Of a DNA stretch of 64,000 nucleotides, positions 40,009-50,885 are shown piece after piece. Below the pieces are notes generated by a model, which had not been told where the DNA came from, did not search any database, and saw nothing but the letters and a program-made list of their open reading frames with translations. The position numbers were made by a program, and so were the translations under genes. The DNA comes from Octopus bimaculoides (lineage: Eukaryota). Position 1 is the first letter of the stretch; each line of letters opens with the position of its first letter. The stretch is from positions 181,113,271-181,177,270 of the forward strand of contig NC_068982.1 in assembly GCF_001194135.2 (NCBI RefSeq). The letters run 5' to 3'.

Positions 40009-40566
40009 AATAATAAATCTCTGAACGAGGTATAAACAGATACTTCACCGCAACGTGAAGTATATTTGCCACTTAAATGCGGCTAACCACTAGGGGTGAA
40101 TGCCACTGTAGCTTGTCGCCACAGGAGAACATCTCCAGCTCACTATTGATACACTTTCTGTGCGCTGCCGGTATTTGCAATGGGAAGTCCTCCTTCCCAT
40201 CGTCGATCTGACGTGAAATGCACGGACCCGGGTTTCTGGGTATTTACCCTCCGTCGGCGTCCGACAATCACCGATCTTCGACACGAAGGGGTCCAAATGC
40301 AAATACATATATCCTTTTTCCAGTGATGAAAATTCACTGATCTCGAATAAGTATAAACAAGTAATAATAAATCTCTAAACGAGGTATAAACAGTAGCTAC
40401 ACGACGACGGGAAGTATATTTGCCACTTAAATGCGGTTAACCACTAAGGGTGAATGCTACTGTAGCTTGTAGCCCCAGGAGAACATCTCCTTCAGCTGGA
40501 TATTAACACACTTTCTGTGCTCTGCCGGTATTTGCAAAGGGAAGTCATCCTTCCCATCCTCGATCT
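40009..40566 (-). repeat. Tandem 1.6 copies of the ~354-bp structured unit
   Basis: AATAATAAATCTCT starts at 40009 and 40363 (period 354 bp). Hammerhead-like motif on the minus strand at 40219-40265. Confidence 0.92.
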
Positions 40567-40868
40567 ACCTCGTTCAGAGATTTATTATTGCTTGTTTACA
40601 CTTTTTCGAGATCAGTGAATTTCCGTCAATGGAAAAAGGATATATGTATTTGCATTGGGACCCCTTCGCATCGAAGATCGGTGATTGGCGTACGCTGACG
40701 AAGTGTAAATACTCGGAAACCCAGGTCCGTGCGTATCCACCAGATCGACCGGCAGGGCACAGAAAGTGTGTCAATCGCTAGCTGCAGGAGATGTTCACTT
40801 GGGGCTACAAATTATAGTAGCATTCAGCCTTAGTGGTTAACCGCATTTAAGTGACAAATATACTTCAC
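40567..40868 (+). repeat. Inverted copy of the ~354-bp unit
   Basis: From 40567 the sequence is the reverse complement of the unit, crossing the monomer junction, with a small internal deletion. It ends next to (TA)n. Confidence 0.92.
40688..40734 (+). ncRNA. Type I hammerhead-ribozyme-like motif
   Basis: GCGTACG-CTGACGA-AGTGTAAATACTCG-GAAAC-CCAG-GTC-CGTGCGT: 7-bp stem I (2 G-U pairs), canonical CUGANGA and GAAA core, GUC cleavage triplet. Stem II is imperfect at its base. Confidence 0.6.
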
Positions 40869-40903
<35 letters not shown>

Positions 40904-41119
40904 TTGTGTATACATGTATGTGGGTGTGTACGCGCGCATGCGTTTGTGTGCTTGTGTGTTTGTATGAGCTGTGAAATCTTGCATGCATTAATTTCAACTC
41001 TCCATATTAATAACTGCATTGATCGTTTTCATCACATGTAATTGGCTATTAGCGTATCCCCTCAAAAAGTTGAGAATATTCAACACAATGAACTTACTAT
41101 GACAAAGTCTCTGCTTCGT

Positions 41120-41420
41120 GGGATTAATGCCTACTGGTACCTGATCAGAATCTCACAAGGCTGATCACCTCACAAGAAAGTAGGACATATCCACTTGGTT
41201 ACCTTGAATGGTTCCTAAGCTATTTGAATGCTGTGTTCATCACTTCGAACCAGAGAAAAAGACTCAATTCATGGAATGGAAACATCGCTCGCCACTTGTT
41301 CCACAAGAGACCAAGGTCATTTAATCTGCAGGAAAAGTAAGGGCCTCATTTATTTAGGATGCAAAAGGTCAATTAACTAATAAAACTGACGAGAAGCGTA
41401 TCATTTCTTTATTGGCGTTA
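41120..41420 (+). mobile_element. Mariner transposase catalytic-domain fragment
   Basis: Translation HFEPEKKTQFMEWKHRSP...KVI*SAGKVRASFI*DAKG matches the mariner pattern H.EPE.K.QS..W.H...SAGKVMASVFWD.KG. Confidence 0.8.
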
Positions 41421-42962
41421 GGAACCGGCTCTTTCTCTATTGACGATACATCTTGAAATGTAACTGGATAATAACATTTTGCGTCACAAAAGATATTTGA
41501 TAACATGCGTTTTATATTCCGAACGTAATGTAAGAAATAGGTCGCCAAATTAAATTATTTTTGTAAAATCTTACAAACAAAATATTCTTGTCTTCGGTCA
41601 ACAATATTCTACTAATAATTAACGATACGACATCTAGAAATAATCTAAAATATATTAAGGTATTGTATGAACATATTCTCATTGACTATTAATGTATATC
41701 TTCCGGTATCATTCGCTTCATTTCAACCGATAAATTATAAAATTTATAATCTGTGGATAACATTTCGGTCATACCCAATGCAGTATATCAATAAGATATT
41801 TGTGTAACTTTTCACTATTAATTAACATTAGTTCCTCCCTCTTAGCTTCCGTAATTGAAACCAATTGAAGAGGAAAACGACCCAAATTCATAATTTTTAG
41901 GAAGAGTATACGGTTACGTTTGATAATAAATTGCATCCATATAATTATATATTAAACATACTGCCTCCTAATAATGGGACTTAATTAGCAATCATTTATG
42001 ATTCCACGTATACTCAGTGTGATTAATAGGATGTACACTGGAAGCCGATTTGTAACTCAGTTTTCTTATTTGATGCTTATTTCCAACGGAGCCTCTAATT
42101 TCACAGTGCCGCCTGACACTATATTTTAAGCGGTCGTTTATATTATTTTTCATTTCGTTATTAATGTCTCACTTATTAATCAAGGCAAACATAAAAAAAA
42201 AATCAAAAACAAATTCTGAAAATTTGTTCGGTATTCCCATGTATATTTATATATAAATGTGTGTGTATGTATGAATATATATATATATATATATATGTAC
42301 ATATACGTACATATGCACACACACACACACACACACACACNNNNNNNNNNNNNNNNNNNNNNNNNNNNNNNNNNNNNNNNNNNNNNNNNNNNNNNNNNNN
42401 NNNNNNNNNNNNNNNNNNNNNNNNNNNNNNNNNNNNNNNNNNNNNNNNNNNNNNNNNNNNNNNNNNNNNNNNNNNNNNNNNNNNNNNNNNNNNNNNNNNN
42501 NNNNNNNNNNNNNNNNNNNNNNNNNNNNNNNNNNNNNNNNNNNNNNNNNNNNNNNNNNNNNNNNNNNNNNNNNNNNNNNNNNNNNNNNNNNNNNNNNNNN
42601 NNNNNNNNNNNNNNNNNNNNNNNNNNNNNNNNNNNNNNNNNNNNNNNNNNNNNNNNNNNNNNNNNNNNNNNNNNNNNNNNNNNNNNNNNNNNNNNNNNNN
42701 NNNNNNNNNNNNNNNNNNNNNNNNNNNNNNNNNNNNNNNNNNNNNNNNNNNNNNNNNNNNNNNNNNNNNNNNNNNNNNNNNNNNNNNNNNNNNNNNNNNN
42801 NNNNNNNNNNNNNNNNNNNNNNNNNNNNNNNNNNNNNNNNNNNNNNNNNNNNNNNNNNNNNNNNNNNNNNNNNNNNNNNNNNNNNNNNNNNNNNNNNNNN
42901 NNNNNNNNNNNNNNNNNNNNNNNNNNNNNNNNNNNNNNNNNNNNNNNNNNNNNNNNNNNNNN

Positions 42963-43034
<72 letters not shown>

Positions 43035-43381
43035 TAGAGATATTGGTATCTAGAAGACCCAAAGTGTGGCAGGTAACGCTAATCAAGTGCTATGGACAGA
43101 CCGTAGTTAAACTTTTGGTTCGATAGCGATACGAGTAAGGAGTCTAATGTGGGTGTTGCTTCAGCATGCATATGTATACTTTAGACAAGATGAGATAAGA
43201 AATCCAAGGCTATAGGTAGATTTCAGGACATTTATAATGGAAAAGATATAGATACAGTCTTACACTTGTTACTGTGTGCAAGAGCGTGTTCGCCTGCGCG
43301 TATGTGCGTGTGCGTGCATGCGTATATGTATGCGCACGCATATGCGTGTATCAATACATTTAAGGATGCGCGTTCGCATGC

Positions 43382-43383
<2 letters not shown>

Positions 43384-43470
<87 letters not shown>
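43384..43470. repeat. (TA)n microsatellite within an RY low-complexity tract
   Basis: Directly visible. Similar TA/CA tracts at 20660-20800, 21231-21345, 42260-43035, 44450-44640, 45740-45900 and 50230-50370. Confidence 0.95.
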
Positions 43471-43599
43471 TATGCATATGTATATATTTGTGTATATATG
43501 TGTGTATGTATATGTATGTATGCATATGTGCACATTTATATGTACGTCTGTGCGCGCGTACGTATGCCATTATACCTTCTTTCCTTACCTGATTCCTAG

Positions 43600-44350
43600 C
43601 TATTACAGTAACCTATACAATCACATATAACTTGACATCCTTCTACTCGTCCCTCCACTTCAAATTTTACTACTAAAACTACTACTCACATTGATATCAC
43701 CCCACCCATACCTTTTCTCCACCCATCCATTAATGCAGGTTTATCATATCACCTCTACTCTCATATCTCACATATCTCACATTTATTCACTCCTCGCCTT
43801 CTCATGTCTTCTTATCCCTCCCCCACTCCTCTCACATTACCTTGACCACCAACTAACACTCGTTTTCTCACTTCTTTCACCCTTCACTTCTTCATTCTTT
43901 TCACTTTTTCCCTTCTTTTCTTTCACTTTTTTTCTTTTTTCTCTCCTTCTTTCTTTCATTTCCTTTAATTGTTTTCATTTTGACCTATCTCCTCATTCTA
44001 ATCATAAACATTCCTCACCCCATCTATCCACAAATATTACCAATACATTCTCAAATTTTAATTCCACTACAAGACACTTTCGAATAAGCAACACAGATTC
44101 CACGGCTTCATAATTTGAAATGACTAAATATGAACTACTATTGGAACTTACATACCATGTTCAGGAAACATTTTTTTTTACTACTTCTATACACCACATT
44201 CTTTGAATAATGTAACTCCAATTACGATATCTTTATATATTCTATATTTTATTTCTACATTCATTTTCTTCTTTACTTATCTCCTCCACTTCCATAATAT
44301 TTTCTTATTTCGAACTCAAATATTTACCACTACTTAACCTCTACTTATCC
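43600..44350 (+). mobile_element. Possible decayed LINE C-terminus (I/Nimb-like), strongly C/T-rich
   Basis: Strand-asymmetric pyrimidine-rich tract. RHFRISNT loosely resembles R.RIGHT. Weak. Confidence 0.25.
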
Positions 44351-44438
44351 TAGTAATAGCTGTAAGGCTACACATGTATCTTTTTCCTTATAAATGTCAT
44401 GAGAACTACGCACAGCCTTGGCTTTGTTATCTCATTGT

Positions 44439-44491
<53 letters not shown>

Positions 44492-44557
44492 TATATATGT
44501 ATATATATACATATATGTATATATATATATCCATATGTATATATATATAATTGTATG

Positions 44558-44602
<45 letters not shown>

Positions 44603-44999
44603 TTATGCATATATATTTACATATATGAGTGTATATATACATGTGTATACGTATCTATATTTCTGTGCGTGTATAAATGTATCTATATATATCTAATTGT
44701 CTAAGCACTCCATCTATCAATCTATCAATCTATCTATCTGCACAAATGTTGATTTACAGTGAATAAAGTGTAGATGATTTTGTGTATGCTATTTATTACA
44801 CTGATAGTTATATGCGCTATCATTCATTGGACTCGTACATCAGTAGTAGTAAGCTAATTGTTCAGAACGCAACATTATACCCTAGGCACTCGTCTAAGTC
44901 CTTTTCTTGCGATGATAATTTATAGCCCCTTTTAGTTGATGCATACTAATTCTCTCAGTTGATGTGCTGTAATATCCTGATGAAGATTTAGTTGCCTGT

Positions 45000-45500
45000 T
45001 GTTTTCCGTCTTACACTGATCTTCAGATTATTTTCATACAATTTTAAAGTGAAGGTCAGTACATTCCTCCACCGTAACCAGAATACTGTTTTTTGTTTGA
45101 TTTTGGTTACTTGTGCATGGTGTAGTGTTTCACACTTGCCGCTGAAGCTAATTATAGTTATCATCTAACACATCCAATGAAACTAGTCAGTGTCCCGTAC
45201 AACGCCAAACTGGCTGGATATGCCCTGCTTGAAGCGGGCTATAGCTGTACTGTGAGACATAATAACACCACCACAATTGAAATCAGCCAATGGAGCCTAG
45301 CCCCATTTCAAGTGGCTATGTGCATGTAAGTAATCAAGAGTTTCTTCCCGGGGAGTTGATAATATTACAGCCTCTGTTGGGTTCATGCTGTGGAAGCGCT
45401 AGCGCGGAAGAGGGTGATTTACACGTCTCTAATTTTGTCCAAAAAGCCCAAAGGCCAATATGCTTTGAATCTAGTGTTAGCACAGTGGTTGCTTAAACAA
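45000..45500 (-). mobile_element. Decayed RTE-like LINE fragment
   Basis: Minus frames show remnants resembling RTE post-RT motifs (AW.KFREL and RL.WFGHV-like segments) with many stops. Confidence 0.45.
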
Positions 45501-45733
45501 AGTTGAAAACAACGGTGACTGTCTTTTGTCAGCAACGTTTAGTCAAGAATGGATTCTCATGACTATCATACAGCAAATCATTAATGATAATCTACCACTT
45601 CTCAAAAGAATTGTCTTTTCAAGTTGACGAGTTTTATATAGGGAAAGGGTTTATGGGACAGGAATCCATGTTTGCGCCTCATGTAATTGCATACAGGGAT
45701 ACATACACATACCCACATCATTCCATACGCATC

Positions 45734-45806
<73 letters not shown>

Positions 45807-46570
45807 TACCTATACACACACACATACACATATACACACACATACACATACACACGCAGAAGCGCACATGCACACACTCTCTCACACACAAACACACGCG
45901 AGTACGCGCATATGAATGTATTCAAAAACATATTTAGATTCCCAGGCTGATATGAAATTTTCTTCTTTGATTTTGATTCTCTTTGCTATAGGCTAATTTC
46001 TACTTAAGTACTAGAATTAAATATATTGCTTCTGTAATTGAATAAGCAATATACTGTTCCTTTATATGAATGTTATATACGTCATATTGTATTTAATTGC
46101 TTTATATTTTTAAGGAGAGAAGTGTATGTTAAATTATATATACTCTGTGTGATACAGAAAATATTGGCTACTTAATTTTACATGGTCATTTTGAGATTAT
46201 CCGTCATTAGTTGGACGCATAAATATCATTTATATAGGAAATTGATTTATTATTATAGGATGTGGATGATTCATACCTGATAGATATTTTCCTATTTACA
46301 GATCAAATTTATCCTTCATTCATCACCGAGAGAAAAACAAATAAATAAATGTGCCGTGTCAGTTCAGGGAACTTATATTAATAGAGTGTCCAATGTCGGG
46401 GGAACTAACGAAAATGTAATCCTCATTTAGACATTTATGAAAGAATGAACAGGAATTCACCAGCATTGCCTTTTTCTTGATACTTATGGATATGACTTCG
46501 AAATGCAAACTAATATATCATTCAAGGAAATGTAGCAGCTCTTAATTACTCCCAATAAATATACCTGTAG

Positions 46571-46647
<77 letters not shown>

Positions 46648-47147
46648 NNNNNNNNNNNNNNNNNNNNNNNNNNNNNNNNNNNNNNNNNNNNNNNNNNNNN
46701 NNNNNNNNNNNNNNNNNNNNNNNNNNNNNNNNNNNNNNNNNNNNNNNNNNNNNNNNNNNNNNNNNNNNNNNNNNNNNNNNNNNNNNNNNNNNNNNNNNNN
46801 NNNNNNNNNNNNNNNNNNNNNNNNNNNNNNNNNNNNNNNNNNNNNNNNNNNNNNNNNNNNNNNNNNNNNNNNNNNNNNNNNNNNNNNNNNNNNNNNNNNN
46901 NNNNNNNNNNNNNNNNNNNNNNNNNNNNNNNNNNNNNNNNNNNNNNNNNNNNNNNNNNNNNNNNNNNNNNNNNNNNNNNNNNNNNNNNNNNNNNNNNNNN
47001 NNNNNNNNNNNNNNNNNNNNNNNNNNNNNNNNNNNNNNNNNNNNNNNNNNNNNNNNNNNNNNNNNNNNNNNNNNNNNNNNNNNNNNNNNNNNNNNNNNNN
47101 NNNNNNNNNNNNNNNNNNNNNNNNNNNNNNNNNNNNNNNNNNNNNNN

Positions 47148-47189
<42 letters not shown>

Positions 47190-47229
47190 CGCACTTGTAC
47201 AACTCCTCTTGTTGGTGTTCAGCATGAAT

Positions 47230-48450
47230 TATTTCCCCTTCAGCCATCCACTTTTTATCCAATCATTCACCATGTTGGACCCTGGAACTCAACAGCTTTT
47301 TCTTTTTAATCACATCTGTATTTATTTTCTTATTCTTTTCTGTTGAAGAGTCTCGAAAGATTAATAGACTTATCCGTTTTTCTCGCGAGTTAAAATTAAA
47401 TATACGTGCTTGTTGTTCCTACACTTGTCTTCTATATTTGAACTATATATTATGTTCACCCGAGTTTGATCCTGATTGAGCTTCCTGCTATCTTAGACTT
47501 GCATATTCTTAACCACTTCTAGACCTTTCAACACACCTCCTCAACCAAATACCAGCACTCAACTCGGCTTACCACTGGATCTTCGTAATCGTATGGACTG
47601 TATCTTCACGGATCTTTCTTGCTATTTTCGTTCATGTAAATCGCTCTAAACAATCACGACTCCTAAACTTTCTGGACATTCTGAACTTTTAAACTCAGTA
47701 TTCTATTCTCTCTCGTTTTAAACTTTTTTCTTCCCTTTTCTTCAATTATTTTTCTCATTTTCCTTTTTTCCCCTTTTTCCAGCATGCTTAATTATAAATC
47801 ATTCTTTCTCCATCTTCACCAATGCCTAAAAAACAAAAACGTCTTTCCACGCTTTCTTTTCGCTGCTTTCAACCTTGTAATTATTTCTTTCCCTACTGAT
47901 TTTCAAAACAGCACGCTTTTGTAGTCACGTTTCGTTTCACAGTCGCTGCCTTCATCCCCAACTCATCTCCAAAGGTTTCCATCTCCATTTCCATCCTACA
48001 TTTCGTTCTGCCTCTTCTATCCAAACCATACTCCACACCACTTCCTGATTATTGCCACCATCCGTTCCAATCTCTCTTATGATTGCCACCATTCGTTCCA
48101 ATCTCTCCAAAATACACACACTCGACTGCCTTCTCCATCTCGCTTATTCCACATTTTTCTTACTGCTGCTCACCATCCGTTCCACATGCAACGTTACGCT
48201 TCATCTTTTAAGGAAAGTATTTTCTTCACGATTTTCTCGCCAGAACTAAACAACAAAAGGTTTACTCACTCTTTCTTCCTGTATCTTTTTGTTGCAAGGG
48301 TTTAGGTCGAGATGTCCAATTTCGAGACGTACTACTCACTCCTGCACTCAATGATGCACCGGACACAATAGTTTCCTCTCACATTGTCCGAGACCCTCCT
48401 AACATATCATATTGCAGGTTTTCGTCTTCTATCTAAAGCAGAAACAAGTT
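47230..48450 (+). mobile_element. Penelope-like element, partial tandem (3' end/pLTR followed by ORF N-terminus)
   Basis: 47930-48000 translates HVSFHSRCLHPQLISKGFHLHFHP, like the PLE N-terminal FL.RC....IPKG motif. The upstream 47340-47450 resembles a PLE 3' end with a TTGAAGAG..CTCGAAA hammerhead remnant. Confidence 0.55.
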
Positions 48451-49590
48451 ATCTAATGGAATCTATGAATTACTAATGTTAAATTAGAGAATAGTTTACG
48501 ATTACTTGAACCACTGTTCAACTCCGATTATCTAAGACTATGGTCAAAGATGTTTCATCCAGGAAGTTATATACCTGCAACGATGGGGTTTGTTAATGCG
48601 TTCTTAACGTTGTAAAGCGTTGCAATACTAAAATGTGGGATTCAAAAAAATAGTCAGTAACTTCTGACAGATTCAGATGATTTTTGATGGTAGTTTGAAT
48701 CTAGGAATAAGATTCGCTCAGCATTTTCCCCTTAGTAACGATACAAACATTAAAAGTATACAATAAGTAAATTAATGGATTGACATTTAACTGAACACTA
48801 CTTGCTAGTGAAACATTTATAAATTCTACGATACTTCTACTGCTCCAGCAAATTGTATACCAAGAAGAACGTTATGTGTTCAGAGTTATGAGTCCAGTTA
48901 CACAACTCTTTTTTGGTGAAAATGCTCCATGAGATTCTTTACCCTTATTTTCACCGAATGATATTTACCAATGATAATCAAATTAAATATTACAATATGG
49001 AAGTAAGGTCTTCTAACAATTCACATAATTCCGCCATGAAAACATAATTATAGAAAGTACAGAACAGGAACATTTTCTAGTTTTCTTAATCAAAATTTCC
49101 TGTACATCATTGCTGTAAAATTGATATACGAGCTCACACTCTTCTATGTACTGACACATACATAAACTGTATACACATATATACAGGATACAATATAAAA
49201 CGTCAATACTTATACCTCCACACAAACGCTCACACAGATATGAACACAAATATACACGCATACACATACCCAGCACTACAGCCAATATCAGAACGATAGG
49301 TTATGTAGTATCGATATTCTGATAATAGTAGCAGATATTTTGTTCCACAATATAAATATTTAATACATAACATTTCCAATAGAAAAGTGTATATTTCTTT
49401 GTAGTTTCAATAAAATACTAATCAATACTTAAAATGGAAATATCATTGATTAAATATTTTCATTCTGTGGAAAAGTTCCTCAGAAGGAAATAATTATATA
49501 AACTCGGTTTTGTACAATAAGCTTCAATTACTTCTCGGAAATATATATATATATGTATATATATAAATCCATACATGCATACATCCATAC

Positions 49591-49641
<51 letters not shown>

Positions 49642-49679
49642 TATAGATATATATGTGTGTATATATATATATACGTATA

Positions 49680-49850
49680 TGTATCGGCCCCTTTGCCTTT
49701 CACTTGGATAACACTGGCGGCTGGGAGAGGGGAGGCTGGTTTGCATTGGCGACTGCTGGTCTTCCATAAACAAGCTTGCCCGGACTCGTGCCTAGGAGGG
49801 TAGCTTTCTAGGTGCAATCCCATGGTCAGTCATGACCGAAGGAAGTCTCC
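49680..49850. mobile_element. Interspersed repeat fragment (SINE or LINE terminus) inserted in a TA/TG microsatellite
   Basis: GC-richer island (CTTCCATAAACAAGCTTGCCCGGACTCGTGCCTAGGAGGGTAGCTTTCTAGGTGCAATCCCATGG) that I recall from octopus repeats. Family unverified. Confidence 0.5.
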
Positions 49851-50251
49851 GCCATATATGTAATAGCAAGTGACAAAAAAAGAATGAGACCTCGCTATTA
49901 GGTAAATAGACGCGATGCATTCTCGTCGGCTATTAATAGCAATAGACGCTATGGAAAACCGTTGAATACATAAATAGAAGATAAAAAATACACGCAACCA
50001 TATTCTCCCAATACTAACACATAAGTCTAAATATATGTGTATGCAAACAGACACCCATGTGCATAAGAGGATGAAGTGGTGTGCACATACGTTTGTGCGT
50101 GTATGTGGAAGTACATATATATGTTTGTTTGACTGTGTATGAGAATGCATCGTAGCTCTTCGCTCCGGCACTTGAAACTCTCAGTACTATAATGACAACT
50201 TACTGATTGTCTTAAACTAGAAATATATATGTGTGTGTGTGTATGTATGTA

Positions 50252-50295
<44 letters not shown>

Positions 50296-50846
50296 AAAAT
50301 ATATAGATATGTGTACGTATATATACATATACGTATACATATACATATACATATACATATACACATTCATATGTATATATTCTGTGACTGTACGTGTGCG
50401 TGTGAAAGTGTATATGTGTTTGTATGTGTGGGTGTTTATCTTTATATATTTGAGTTAAAAGGTTTCAAAGAAATATTCGCTCGGTTTGTGCCCATTTTAA
50501 TAGATACTAATGAGACTATATAGAACCATCTCCGCTGAACGTTCAAAATTTTGCTCCAATGATATATGCCAGTGATTATTGGATTTATAAGAAATACGAT
50601 GAATAGACGTTGAAAGATTCCTGTTTGATAGAAGGTCATGTATCATTTAATACACGTTAAACATTAAATGAGATTTTAGTGCATAATATTTGTTGCAATA
50701 TTTTTACCCTACGATCAATGAATGCATAATCCAAATTCAGGATACACATACACACGCTGACACACACTTATACACGCACGCAACACAGATATATGTGTGG
50801 GGGTTTTGTGTGCATGTTTGTGAGTGGGTTTATGTGTGTGGGTGTC

Positions 50847-50885
<39 letters not shown>

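Noticed and set aside
39752-40072. 106-aa minus ORF (MGQGRKTSKQ...) with a strong-looking internal acceptor
   Set aside because: Starts inside the tandem repeat, contains a small internal duplication, has no donor and no recognisable domain.
39122-40868. Repeat array considered as CRISPR-like
   Set aside because: Eukaryotic context, ~354-bp units without unique spacers and no cas genes.
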